Made by a program: the position numbers and the translations under genes. From an uncultured Pseudomonadota bacterium (GTDB lineage Bacteria; Myxococcota_A; Polyangia; Fen-1088), in assembly GCA_963847705.1 (NCBI GenBank), contig CAWKBC010000032.1, positions 32,001-96,000 on the forward strand: a stretch of DNA of 64,000 bases. Reading direction: 5' to 3'. The notes beneath the pieces are model-generated. The model saw only the letters and a list, made by a program, of their open reading frames with translations. It was not told the origin of the DNA and ran no database searches. This document shows positions 53,645 to 63,872 of this stretch, in pieces. Within the stretch, counting starts at the first letter, position 1. The number at the start of each line of letters is the position of its first letter.

Positions 53645-56600
53645 ATGAAGTCCTTACTTTCGATCGCAGCGGCATTGTTCTTGGCGGCGGCGTTGGCCGG
53701 ATGTGGCGGTGGGGGCGGTGGGTCCCCCTCCCACAAGGACGCCAGTTTCGACGGGCCCGACATGAAGAAGGTGATGCTCCACCCCGACGGTGGGCCCGTC
53801 GACGGCGGTGACGCGTCGACCATCAACACCTGCGGCGCGAATGGCCCGGCGTTGGTCCTCGGCGACACCTGTAGCTGCGACGCCGAGTGCGGAAGCAACC
53901 ACTGCGTCGAGGGGGTCTGCTGCAACACCGCCTGCACGAGTGGCTGCCAGACCTGCACCGCGGCCGAATCGCCGGGCACCTGCCTGGCGCGCGCGGCGAA
54001 GTCGGCGCCCCGCAAAGCCTCTGACTGCGTGGCGGACTCCCCGCCCAGCTGCGGGATGAACGGGTTCTGCGACGGCGCAGGCGCCTGCCAGAACTACCTC
54101 GGCAACACCTGCGTGGGCGGCACCTGCAGCGGCGACTCGGTGCTGGGCGCATTCGCCTGTGACGGCTCCGGGGCTTGCAAGGCGGGCGTCACGCAGATGC
54201 TCTGCATCCCCTACAGCTGCGACACGAACACGGGGATGTGCTTCCAGTCCTGTACCTCGGCGCAAGGGGGGCAGTGCGACCCGACGCACTCCTGCGACCT
54301 CACCACCGGGAGTTGCGGCAAGGTCGGAATCGGCGCCCACTGCAGCGCCGACGGCGATTGCATCTCGGGCAACTGCGCGGACAGCGTCTGCTGCAACATC
54401 GCCTGCAAGGGCGCCTGCGTCGCCTGCAACCTCCCCGGCCGGCTCGGCGCCTGCTCGGCGATCGACTCCGGAAAGCCCGACCCGCGCGGCGTTTGCAAGG
54501 ATCAGGGGGTGGCGAGCTGCGGCCACAACGGGACCTGCGACGGCGTGGGCGGCTGCGCCAACTACGCCCGCGACACCCAGTGCCTCGAGCCGTCGTGCAC
54601 CGGCAACCGCCTCAACACGGCGGGGACCTGCGACGGTCTCGGCACCTGCCGGCCCCCCGGCGTCCAGGACTGCCATCCGTTCCGCTGCCTCGACGGCGCC
54701 TGCACCACGTCCTGCCAGACGGTGGACGACTGCGATCAGGGAACCGCCTGCCTCCCGGGCACCAACGGGATGATGACCTGCGGCCCCAAGCCCCTCGGCG
54801 CCAGCTGCCAGGCGGCCAGCGAATGCTCCAGCAACTTCTGCGTCGACGGCGTCTGCTGCCAGAGCGCCTGCGGCGGGACCTGTCAGTACTGCGCCTTGCC
54901 GACCTCGCCCGGCTTCTGCATGACCGTCGCCGCCGACAACCCCGATCCGCGCGGCCTCTGCCAGGACAAGGGCGCCGCCTCGTGCAGCACGAACGGCAAG
55001 TGTGACGGCACCGGGAGCTGCGAGACCTATGCCCAGGGGACCGTCTGCGCCAGCCAGACCTGCGTGAGCGGCGTCTTCACGGCGGCATCGACCTGCAACA
55101 CGACCGGCCAGTGCGTCGCCCCCGATTCACGCGCCTGCGCCCCTTACGTCTGCAACGGCCCGGTCTGCTTCGACTCCTGTGACAGCAACCTGCAGTGCAA
55201 CAGCCCCAACACCTGCGGCGCGGTCGCGGCGAACTCCTGCGGGCTCAAGAGCCAGGGCGCCGTCTGCGGCGGCACGGCAGAGTGCCAGGCCGGGCTCACC
55301 TGCGCCCAGGGGTACTGCTGCAACTCGGCCTGCACCGGCGCCTGCCAGTCGTGCGCGCTCGCGAACACGCTCGGGACCTGCACCAACGTTCCGGTGAGTC
55401 AGGCCGATCCGACCGGGCAGTGCGTGGACAAGCTGGCCCCGTCTTGCAACACCAACGGCAAGTGCGACGGCAACGGCGGTTGCCAGCTCTACGTGCAGGG
55501 GACGGCCTGCCTCGGCTCGACCTGCCCTGCCGGGTCCTCGACCTTCACCGGCACGTCGACCTGCGACGGCGCCGGCAGCTGCGTGACGCCCAACGCCGCC
55601 CCCTGCTTCCCCTACCAGTGCGGCGCGAACATCTGCAAGAACTCCTGCACCGCCAACTCCGACTGCGCCTCCCCGGCGGTCTGCATCAACGGCTCTTGCG
55701 GGCTCAAGCCGCCCGGACAGGCCTGCGTGACGGCCGCCGAGTGCTCGTCCAACTTCTGCTCGCAGTCGGTCTGCTGCGCCACCGCCTGCACCGGGGCCTG
55801 CCAGTCTTGCGCGCTCACCACCGCGCCCGGCACCTGCAGCAACGTTCCGAACGGCACCGCCGATCCGCAGGGGACCTGCCACGACCAGGGGAACACCACC
55901 TGTGGCGCCGACGGCTTCTGCGACGGCAACGGCGCCTGCCGGAAGTACGCCGGCGGCACCTCCTGCGCCGCACCCTCCTGCCCGTCCGGCAGCCAGACGT
56001 TGACTTCGGGCCGCACCTGCGACGGAAAAGGAACCTGCCAGGCGGCCTCGACGATCGCCTGCGCTCCCTACGTGTGCAACGGAAGCACAGCCTGCAAGGC
56101 GGCCTGCGCGGCGGACACCGACTGCAGCCAGTCGCCCACCGTGGAGATCTGCGACACCAAGGTCGGTCTCTGCGGCACCAAGCACCGCCTCGGACAGTCC
56201 TGCACCCAGTCGAGCGATTGCCTCACCGGCAACAGCTGCGTCGACGGCGTCTGCTGCAGCGCCACCGCCTGCCCGACCTGCCAGGCCTGCAACATCACCG
56301 GCAGCGCGGGGAATTGCGCCAATGTGCCGGCCAGCAACCTGGAACCACACGGCCTCTGCGCGACCAGCCCGCCCTGCGGCAACACCGGCGCCTGCGACGG
56401 CGCGGGGAAGTGCCAGCTCGGCGGGACCGGCGTCTCGTGCGGCACGGCCACCTGCAGCGGCTCCACCTTCACGCCGGTTTCGCACTGCAACGGCACGGGG
56501 GCCTGCGCCGCGCCCGTCTCGTCGACCTGCCCGGGTGGCTTCGTCTGCGACACGACCAACGCGACTTGCAAGACCGCCTGCGCCCTCGACACCGACTGCG

Positions 56601-59233
56601 TCGCGCCGCTCACCTGTCAGGGCTCCGGCTCGACCAAGAGCTGCGCGCTCAAGCCGAACGGTCAGACCTGCGCCTCCGCCAGCCAGTGCATCAGCGGCTT
56701 CTGCACCGATGGCGTCTGCTGCGGCAGCGGCCCCTGTGGCACCTGCAAGGCCTGCAACGTGAACGGGGCCGGGAGCTGCGCGCCCATCGCGACCGGCACG
56801 ACCGCCCCCAGCGGCCAGTGCGCCGCCAACGGCACCTGCGGCAACACCGGCACCTGCAACGGCGCCGGCGCCTGCACGCAGACAGCGACCACCGTGAGCT
56901 GCGCGGCGGCGTCCTGCACCGGCACCACCTTCACCCCGAAGGCGTTCTGCTCCGGCGGCGGCAGCTGCTCGACCGCGACGACCTCCAGCTGCGCCCCCTA
57001 TGTCTGCGGCAGCACCAGCTGCAACACCACCTGCAATGTCGACGGCGACTGCGTGCCCGCCGGCGGCAACAACAGCTACTGCACCGGGACCGGCGGAGCG
57101 TGCCTCCCCGTCAAGGCGAGCGGCGTCGCCTGCTTCTCCAACCACGAATGCGGCAGCGGAAACTGCGTCGACGGCGTCTGCTGCGGCACCGCGAGCTGCC
57201 CGACCTGTCAGGCCTGCAACGTCACCGGCAGCGCCGGCACCTGCGCCAACGTGGCCAACACGGTCGCCGAGCCGCACGCCCGCTGCGCGGCCAACGGGAC
57301 CTGCGGGAACACGGGCACCTGCAACGGCGCCGGCGCCTGCACGCAGATGGCGACCGGCGTGAGCTGCGCCGCCGCTTCGTGCAGCGGCACCACCTTCACG
57401 CCGACCGCCTTCTGCTCGGGGAGCGGCACCTGCTCGACCCCGAGCACCGCCAGCTGCGCGCCGTATGTTTGCAGCGGCACGAGTTGCAGCAACTCGTGCA
57501 GCAGCGACATCCAGTGCGTGGCGAGCGGGGGGACCAGCACCTACTGCACGGGCACCAACGGCAGCTGCCTCCCGGTCAAGTCGCTCGGCGTCGCTTGCCT
57601 GTCGAACCACGAGTGCGGCAGCGGAAACTGCGTCGACGGCGTCTGCTGCAGCACCGCGAGCTGCGGCACCTGCATGGCCTGCAACGTCTCCGGCAGCCCC
57701 GGCACCTGCGCCAACGTGGCCAACACGGTCACCGAGCCGCACGGCCGCTGCACCGCCAACGGCACCTGTGGCAACACCGGCACCTGCAACGGCAGCGGCG
57801 CCTGCACCCAGGCGGCAACCGGTGTGCCTTGCGGGGTTGCGTCCTGCAGTGGGACCACCTTCACCCCGGTGGCGTTCTGCAACGGCGCCGGAGCCTGCTC
57901 CGCCGCCACGACGTCCAGCTGCTCCCCCTACCTCTGCAGCGGCTCGAGCTGCAGCAGCTCGTGCAGCGCCGACACCGACTGCGTGAACACCACCGGCAAC
58001 AACAACTACTGCACCGGCACCAACGGCAGCTGCCTCCCGGTGAAGTCGAACGGGGTGGCCTGCCTCACCAACCACGAGTGCGGCAGCAACTTCTGCGTCG
58101 ACGGCGTCTGCTGCGCCAGCAACAGCTGCGGAACCTGCCTGGCCTGCAACGTCTCGGGGAGCCTCGGCTCCTGCGCCAACGTCGCCAGCAACGTCACCGA
58201 CCCGCACGCCCGCTGCACGCCGGGCGGGACCTGCGGCAACACCGGCGCCTGCAACGGCAGCGGCGCCTGCCAGCAGCAGCCGACCACCGTGATGTGCAGC
58301 GCCCCCTCCTGCAGCATGGGGACCGCCGTCTTGGCGTCGTTCTGCTCGGGAGCCGGAAGCTGCCCGGCGGCCACGACCGCCAGCTGCGGCGACTACGCGT
58401 GCGGGACCACGAGCTGCAAGATCAGCTGCACCGCCGACAGCGACTGTATCGCCACCGACTACTGCACCTCGGCCGGCGCCTGCACGCCCCGGAAGGCGCT
58501 CGGGAAGGCATGCGCGGTCGGTGACGAGTGCGGGAGCGGCTTCTGCATCGACGGTGCCTGCTGCATGACGAACGGCTGCGGGACCTGCCAGTCGTGCAAC
58601 CTCAACAGCACCACCGCCGGCACCTGCTCGCCGATCGCCTCCGGTCAGGCGGCGCCAGCCGGTCAGTGCACCGTTGGCGCGACCTGCGGCAACACCGGGC
58701 TCTGCAACGGCGCCAGCGGCTGCCAGCAACGGGCGAGTGGCACCAGCTGTGGCGCCGCCTCCTGCCCCACCAACTCTTCGCAGTTCACGGCCGCCTCCAC
58801 CTGCAACGGCAGCGGGAGCTGCGTCACCCCCAGCCCGACCACCTGCGGGTCCGGGACGCTCAAGTGCACCGCCAGCGGCTGCCCGAGCAGCTGCACCGTC
58901 GACACCGACTGCGTCAGCGGCAACTACTGCAGCAGCGGCGCCTGCGTGGCACAACAGTCGACCGGCAGCTGCACGAGCGGTGACCAGTGCACCACGGGCA
59001 ACTGCACGAACGGGTTCTGCTGCAACGTCTCCGCCTGCCCGACCTGCCAGACCTGCGGCGCCAGCGGCCTCTGCGTCCCGCTCCCCTCGACCACGGTCTG
59101 CGCCAGCTCCTGCGCCGTCGGCAACATCTCCCTCACCCAGAACTTCTGCGACTCTGGCGCCTGCAGCCTCATTCCCGTGATCACCCTCTGTCCCACGCTG
59201 GTCTGCGACCCCACCGTCCCGACCTGCCAGTAG
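53645..59233 (+). CDS. Giant cysteine-rich repeat lipoprotein, 1862 aa
   Basis: Lipobox LAGC; about 12 copies of a ~150-aa module anchored on CVDGVCC. Confidence 0.93.
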   Translation: MKSLLSIAAALFLAAALAGCGGGGGGSPSHKDASFDGPDMKKVMLHPDGGPVDGGDASTINTCGANGPALVLGDTCSCDAECGSNHCVEGVCCNTACTSGCQTCTAAESPGTCLARAAKSAPRKASDCVADSPPSCGMNGFCDGAGACQNYLGNTCVGGTCSGDSVLGAFACDGSGACKAGVTQMLCIPYSCDTNTGMCFQSCTSAQGGQCDPTHSCDLTTGSCGKVGIGAHCSADGDCISGNCADSVCCNIACKGACVACNLPGRLGACSAIDSGKPDPRGVCKDQGVASCGHNGTCDGVGGCANYARDTQCLEPSCTGNRLNTAGTCDGLGTCRPPGVQDCHPFRCLDGACTTSCQTVDDCDQGTACLPGTNGMMTCGPKPLGASCQAASECSSNFCVDGVCCQSACGGTCQYCALPTSPGFCMTVAADNPDPRGLCQDKGAASCSTNGKCDGTGSCETYAQGTVCASQTCVSGVFTAASTCNTTGQCVAPDSRACAPYVCNGPVCFDSCDSNLQCNSPNTCGAVAANSCGLKSQGAVCGGTAECQAGLTCAQGYCCNSACTGACQSCALANTLGTCTNVPVSQADPTGQCVDKLAPSCNTNGKCDGNGGCQLYVQGTACLGSTCPAGSSTFTGTSTCDGAGSCVTPNAAPCFPYQCGANICKNSCTANSDCASPAVCINGSCGLKPPGQACVTAAECSSNFCSQSVCCATACTGACQSCALTTAPGTCSNVPNGTADPQGTCHDQGNTTCGADGFCDGNGACRKYAGGTSCAAPSCPSGSQTLTSGRTCDGKGTCQAASTIACAPYVCNGSTACKAACAADTDCSQSPTVEICDTKVGLCGTKHRLGQSCTQSSDCLTGNSCVDGVCCSATACPTCQACNITGSAGNCANVPASNLEPHGLCATSPPCGNTGACDGAGKCQLGGTGVSCGTATCSGSTFTPVSHCNGTGACAAPVSSTCPGGFVCDTTNATCKTACALDTDCVAPLTCQGSGSTKSCALKPNGQTCASASQCISGFCTDGVCCGSGPCGTCKACNVNGAGSCAPIATGTTAPSGQCAANGTCGNTGTCNGAGACTQTATTVSCAAASCTGTTFTPKAFCSGGGSCSTATTSSCAPYVCGSTSCNTTCNVDGDCVPAGGNNSYCTGTGGACLPVKASGVACFSNHECGSGNCVDGVCCGTASCPTCQACNVTGSAGTCANVANTVAEPHARCAANGTCGNTGTCNGAGACTQMATGVSCAAASCSGTTFTPTAFCSGSGTCSTPSTASCAPYVCSGTSCSNSCSSDIQCVASGGTSTYCTGTNGSCLPVKSLGVACLSNHECGSGNCVDGVCCSTASCGTCMACNVSGSPGTCANVANTVTEPHGRCTANGTCGNTGTCNGSGACTQAATGVPCGVASCSGTTFTPVAFCNGAGACSAATTSSCSPYLCSGSSCSSSCSADTDCVNTTGNNNYCTGTNGSCLPVKSNGVACLTNHECGSNFCVDGVCCASNSCGTCLACNVSGSLGSCANVASNVTDPHARCTPGGTCGNTGACNGSGACQQQPTTVMCSAPSCSMGTAVLASFCSGAGSCPAATTASCGDYACGTTSCKISCTADSDCIATDYCTSAGACTPRKALGKACAVGDECGSGFCIDGACCMTNGCGTCQSCNLNSTTAGTCSPIASGQAAPAGQCTVGATCGNTGLCNGASGCQQRASGTSCGAASCPTNSSQFTAASTCNGSGSCVTPSPTTCGSGTLKCTASGCPSSCTVDTDCVSGNYCSSGACVAQQSTGSCTSGDQCTTGNCTNGFCCNVSACPTCQTCGASGLCVPLPSTTVCASSCAVGNISLTQNFCDSGACSLIPVITLCPTLVCDPTVPTCQ

Positions 59234-59236
59234 TCA

Positions 59237-59298
59237 TGGGAACCCTGGGAGGGTTCCCAAACCCTCCCGCAACGGGCTCGAGCGAGCAAAGCTCGCTC
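59237..59298. repeat. REP-like palindromic cluster / possible bidirectional terminator
   Basis: TGGGAACCCT-GGG-AGGGTTCCCA, GGGAGGGTT-CCCA-AACCCTCCC and GAGCGAGC-AAA-GCTCGCTC between convergent genes. Confidence 0.7.
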
Positions 59299-59401
59299 TC
59301 CCCCGACGCGATCAGCATCCGCAGCGGAGCCGAGACTCGCCCAAAGAGGCTGCGGGGGCCTGGTGTCACTCCGACGCGAGCTCGCAGGCCGCTCTGATCG
59401 G

Positions 59402-60994
59402 TCAGCGGACCAGGTTGCGGAGGAGCAGGCGCAGGTTCTGAAGGTCGATTGGCTTTTCGACCCGCGCGTTCGGAATGCGCTCCAGGAACTCGCGCGCGCG
59501 CGGCGTGAAGGCGCCGCCGCTCACGAACACCATCCGCGCGGCCTGATCGGGCGCCAACCTCTCGATCTCGGCGAAGAGGTCCATCCCGGTCATCTCGGGC
59601 ATCATCAGATCACAGAGGATCACCGCGTAACGGTCCCCGGCCCGCAGACGCTCGAGCGCCTTGCGCGCGTCGCCCACGCAGGTGACGTTGTAGTCCGCCG
59701 ACAGCGAGCGGCGCAGCGCCCCCAGGATCATCGGCTCGTCGTCGATGACCAGGAGCCGCCCGCCCTGCGCGGCGACCTCGGGCGTCGGCGCGTTGACCAG
59801 CTCGCTCGCCGAGTCCATCACGGCGGGCGGCAGCGTGACCCGAAAGGTGCTCCCGCGGCCGATCTCGCTTTCGACCCGCACCTCGCCACCGAGCGCGCTC
59901 AAGATGCCGCTGCAGATCCAGAGCCCGAGCCCGGTCCCTTCGCTCGCCGTCTTGGTGGTGAAGAAGGGGTCGAAGATCCGCTCGCGGATCTCGAGCGGAA
60001 TCCCCATCCCGCTGTCGCGGACCTCCACGATGGCGCGGCCGTTTCCGTCGGTCCGGGTGGTCACCCGGATCTCGTTGCGCTCCGTCTCCCCTTCCGGGAT
60101 GGCGTGCGCCGCATTGAGCAGGAGGTTCAGGAAGACCTGGCCGAGCCGCGACTCGTTCCCCTCGACCATCGGCGTGTCACCGTAATCCTTCACCAGCCGG
60201 GCGCGGTGGCGGATCTCGTTCCAGGCGATGTTGATCGACGAATCGAGCACCCGCCGGATGGCGACCGGACCGCTCTGCTCCTCGTCGCCGCGGGCGAACA
60301 CCCGCAGGTCGCGCACGATGTTGCGGACCCGCTCCGCCCCCTGGCGTGCCTCGGTGAGCGCCTCGCTGGTCTCGTCGAGCACGTGGGCCGGACCGCCGCC
60401 CGCCGCGCTCCGGGAGAGGCGCGAGGCGACGGTGGTGATCTGATGGCGGGCGAAGTCGATGTTGGCCACGATGTAGGCGAGCGGGTTGTTGATCTCGTGC
60501 GCCACCCCCGCGGCCAGCGTCCCCACCGCCGCCATCCGCCCGGCGAAGATGAGCTGGTTCTCCATCCGCTTGCGGTCGGAGAGGTCGCGGATGAAGAAGT
60601 AGTGCCCTTTGAGAATCGGACGGGTCGCGTTCGGCTCCAGCACCGGCACGATCGAGAGCTGCATCTCGAACGTCGACCCGTCGCCGCGAACCCCCTGCAC
60701 CTCACGCTCGAGCTTCTCGGCGACCGCGCGCAGATCGCTGCCCAGCGCGGCCCGGTCCTCGGCGGCGATGAGCGCCTCCCAGCTTCGACCGATCGCCTGC
60801 TCGGCGGGCATCCCCACCAGGCGGGTGAAGGCGCGGTTGACGGAGAGCACCCGCCCATCGAGGTCGATCCGGCAGATCCCCTCGGCGGCGTCCTCCAGCG
60901 CCGCGCGCAGCTCGCGCACCTGCTCCTCGAGGCGCGCCACGACCACGTCCGCAGTCCTCACCGTCGCCAAAGGACCCTCCTCCACGCGACGCAC
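59402..60994 (-). CDS. Hybrid sensor histidine kinase (PAS-HisKA-HATPase-REC)
   Basis: AHEINNPL, NLLLNA, DPFFTTK and GTGLGL; receiver LVIDDE..DLMMP..KP. Confidence 0.95.
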   Translation of the reverse strand: MRRVEEGPLATVRTADVVVARLEEQVRELRAALEDAAEGICRIDLDGRVLSVNRAFTRLVGMPAEQAIGRSWEALIAAEDRAALGSDLRAVAEKLEREVQGVRGDGSTFEMQLSIVPVLEPNATRPILKGHYFFIRDLSDRKRMENQLIFAGRMAAVGTLAAGVAHEINNPLAYIVANIDFARHQITTVASRLSRSAAGGGPAHVLDETSEALTEARQGAERVRNIVRDLRVFARGDEEQSGPVAIRRVLDSSINIAWNEIRHRARLVKDYGDTPMVEGNESRLGQVFLNLLLNAAHAIPEGETERNEIRVTTRTDGNGRAIVEVRDSGMGIPLEIRERIFDPFFTTKTASEGTGLGLWICSGILSALGGEVRVESEIGRGSTFRVTLPPAVMDSASELVNAPTPEVAAQGGRLLVIDDEPMILGALRRSLSADYNVTCVGDARKALERLRAGDRYAVILCDLMMPEMTGMDLFAEIERLAPDQAARMVFVSGGAFTPRAREFLERIPNARVEKPIDLQNLRLLLRNLVR

Positions 60995-61077
60995 CGAAGC
61001 TCCCTCACGCGCTGCAGAATATCAGTCGCCAAGAAGGCAAGGGTAGTTACTTTTTTGTGGGCTCGAAAACTTGCGAG

Positions 61078-62832
61078 TTACCGTTTGAACATGCTCGAGC
61101 TCGCCTGGCGACCACCGCCACCCCAGCCGGACATCCCTCCCCGACCGCCGCCCAGGATCTCGGAGGCCCGCTGGCGAACCCGCGGATCCGGATCCCGGCG
61201 CGCCGCCTCCTTGATGAATGGCAGGGCCGGGGCGCCCAGGCTTCGCAGAAGCGCCTGCGCGCGCGGATAGGCGCGATCGCTGACGAGCGACCGAATGGCC
61301 CCCCGAATGAGGTCGCCGTCCGTCTTGAGCTCGGGATTCAAGCGAACCGCGGTCTGGCTGGCGCCCAACCCCTCCGACCACCGGCGTTGATCGAAATAGA
61401 TCGTCGCCAGCAGGTAGGGGGCGTCGGCGTCGGCCGGCTTCTCGGCGTGGAGCTGGTCGAGAAGCTCGATCGCCTTGGGGGATTGGCCATCCGCCACCAG
61501 CTGGCGCGCCTGTTCGATTCGCGGGTCCTCGATCCCCGGCGCCCGGGGAGGAGACGGGGCAACGGTCGCTGTGCCATGTGACCCCGTGGAATCCGGCCGC
61601 GCCGCTGCTGGCTCGGTCCCGGGAGACGCCGCGACGTGCGCACCGGACGTGGTGGCCACCTCGGCAGGCTCGCTGGCCTTGTGTCGCAGGCGGAGACCAA
61701 TGGAGAGAGCCACCATCACCACCAGGACAATCCCGCCGAGAAACATCCAGGCCGTGCGCCGGTCGCCGGTCGCTGGGGGGGCCGCCGCGTCGCCCGCCGG
61801 CACGCCGGCCGCCTCCGCGCCGAGCCGGCGGCGGACCGCGGAGACCGTGTCGACGGTGGTCCTGGCCGGGACCCGCGCCGCCGGTGCGCGGGCGGGGGAC
61901 GGAGACGCCGCCGGTGCAGGCGAAGGCGCCGCGACGGGGCGAGCGGCCCCCTGGGCTTCCGGCGTCGCGGCGAGCGCGGCGGCGAACTCGCCCGCCGACT
62001 GGAACCGATCCTCGGGAAGCTTGGAGAGCGCCTTGCCGAGCAGCGACTCCAGCTCTTTGGAGTATCCCGCCTCGGGCGCGACCGTGCGCAAAAGCGGCGG
62101 CGACGCATCGCGCTGCATGAAGATCAGCTCGCCGACGTTCTCCGACTGAAACGGTTTGCGGCCGGCGAAGATCTCGAACAGCAGCACGCCGACCGCGTAG
62201 AGATCGGTCCGGGCGTCGACGGCGCCGCCCCCGCCCGACTGCTCCGGCGACATGTAGCTCGGCGTGCCGACCGCCATCCCGGCGGTCATCGCCGGCCCGT
62301 CGCGCAGCTTGGCCAGCCCGAAGTCGAGGATCCGCAGGTGCTCCTCGAGACCGCCCTCGCCGCTCAGGATGAGGTTCTCCGGCTTGAGATCGCGGTGCAC
62401 GATCCCCTGCGCGTGGGCGTGCGCCAGGCCCGCCAGCAGCTGCGATGCGATCTTGAAGACGCGCGGCAGCGCGAGCGGCCCCGACAGCATCACCTCGCGC
62501 AGCGTCCGCCCGGTGACGAAGTCCATCACCAGGTAGGGCGCCCCCTCGATGCCGAAGTCGATCACCGAGACGCAGTTTGGGTGCGCGAGGCGGCTCATCG
62601 CCTTCGCCTCGTTCTCGAAGCGGGAGAGAAAGGCCTTCTGCGCGGCGATCCAGGGGTGCAGGAACTTCACCGCGACCGGCCGTCCCAGCTGGACGCGCTC
62701 CCCCTGATACACGACGCCCATCGCGCCCGACGCGATCTTGGAGAGGATCCGGTACCGACCCTGCAGCACGTGGCCCACGCGCGGGTCGGGCGGCGAAGGA
62801 GCTTCGACGTCCACCGCGGCGCAGCCTATCAC
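61078..62832 (-). CDS. Membrane Ser/Thr kinase with C-terminal TPR/HEAT-like domain
   Basis: ASGAMG, VAVK, HRDLKPEN, DFG and GTPSYMSPE; TM helix; start may be slightly downstream. Confidence 0.93.
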   Translation of the reverse strand: MIGCAAVDVEAPSPPDPRVGHVLQGRYRILSKIASGAMGVVYQGERVQLGRPVAVKFLHPWIAAQKAFLSRFENEAKAMSRLAHPNCVSVIDFGIEGAPYLVMDFVTGRTLREVMLSGPLALPRVFKIASQLLAGLAHAHAQGIVHRDLKPENLILSGEGGLEEHLRILDFGLAKLRDGPAMTAGMAVGTPSYMSPEQSGGGGAVDARTDLYAVGVLLFEIFAGRKPFQSENVGELIFMQRDASPPLLRTVAPEAGYSKELESLLGKALSKLPEDRFQSAGEFAAALAATPEAQGAARPVAAPSPAPAASPSPARAPAARVPARTTVDTVSAVRRRLGAEAAGVPAGDAAAPPATGDRRTAWMFLGGIVLVVMVALSIGLRLRHKASEPAEVATTSGAHVAASPGTEPAAARPDSTGSHGTATVAPSPPRAPGIEDPRIEQARQLVADGQSPKAIELLDQLHAEKPADADAPYLLATIYFDQRRWSEGLGASQTAVRLNPELKTDGDLIRGAIRSLVSDRAYPRAQALLRSLGAPALPFIKEAARRDPDPRVRQRASEILGGGRGGMSGWGGGGRQASSSMFKR

Positions 62833-62927
62833 GGACGCGCCAGCCCGCGGCGCGCGCTTCGAGCCCGCGCGGCGGGCGCTGCAGCCCGCCCGGCGCGCGC
62901 CTTCAAAGCCTGCGGCGACCGCTGTCC

Positions 62928-63872
62928 CTACTGCAAGAGCTCGGACTGGCCCTTGTGGAGAACGCCGTGCTTGAGCAGGAAGTCACGCACGGCGCGGTTG
63001 ACCAGCAGAACGTCGGCGCCGTCGAACTGGCCGTGGCCCCCCTTCTTGAGTGGGAAGAGCTGGTTGGCGACGCCGGCGCGATCGAGCGCCTCGTGCAGCC
63101 GTTGCGCCTGGGCGAACGGCACGACCGGATCGGCGTCGCCGTGCGCGGTGAAGATCGGCGGCGCTCCCTCGTGCACATAGGTGATGGGCGAGACCCGCTG
63201 GGCCAGCGCTGCGGGATCGGCGGCGTTGCCGATCCAGCCGACCGCAAAGTCGCGGGGGCTCGGCGCCGCCAGCAGGGCGCCGACGTCGATGACGCCGAAG
63301 AAGTTGATCACCGCCGCCACCTTGAGCGGCTCGTCGCCGGGGCAGAGGCTGTCGAAGCCGGCCGTCGCCGGCGCCAGCGCCGCCATGAGCGCCAGGTGTG
63401 CCCCCGCCGAGCTGCCGACCAGGATCAACCGGTCGACGTCGAGCCCGTACTGCTTGGCGTGCCGGATGACCCAGCGGAGCGCGCAGCGGCTGTCCTCCAC
63501 GGCCGCAGGCGCGGTGGCGACGCGCGCCAGCCGGTAGTCGACGTTCGCCACCGCGAATCCCATGGCCAGGTAGGGGAGCACGTCGAGGGCGATCTCGTCC
63601 TTGTCGCCGCTCACCCAGCCGCCCCCGTGAAACAGCAGCGCGACCGGCATCGGATCGCGCGGGCGCCGTGGCAGATAGAGATCGAGCTTCCCGTTCCAGC
63701 CACCGACCGACAGGTAGAGGAGGTTCGGCTCCACCCGGTAGTGGGTGGCGATCAGGGCCGCCGTGTCGAGCGGGCCCGAAGGGCGGACCTCGGCGCGCGC
63801 GGGCGGTCCGGCAGCGACGCCGGCGGCCAGCACGAGGGCGATGGCCACGGTCGCGTGCGGTGAGCGAATCAA
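62928..63872 (-). CDS. Secreted alpha/beta hydrolase (HSL-like esterase)
   Basis: HGGGW, GSSAG, HGDADPVV and GGHG motifs; signal peptide. Confidence 0.9.
   Translation of the reverse strand: MIRSPHATVAIALVLAAGVAAGPPARAEVRPSGPLDTAALIATHYRVEPNLLYLSVGGWNGKLDLYLPRRPRDPMPVALLFHGGGWVSGDKDEIALDVLPYLAMGFAVANVDYRLARVATAPAAVEDSRCALRWVIRHAKQYGLDVDRLILVGSSAGAHLALMAALAPATAGFDSLCPGDEPLKVAAVINFFGVIDVGALLAAPSPRDFAVGWIGNAADPAALAQRVSPITYVHEGAPPIFTAHGDADPVVPFAQAQRLHEALDRAGVANQLFPLKKGGHGQFDGADVLLVNRAVRDFLLKHGVLHKGQSELLQ

Noticed and set aside
55127-58954. 1275-aa Ala/Gly-rich minus ORF and 1109-aa Arg/Gln-rich plus ORF
   Set aside because: Shadow frames produced by the codon bias of the Cys-rich gene.
53645-59233. 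Giant Cys protein as TraA or a multiheme cytochrome
   Set aside because: No PA14-like domain, MYXO-CTERM or adjacent traB seen; no recurring CxxCH motifs.
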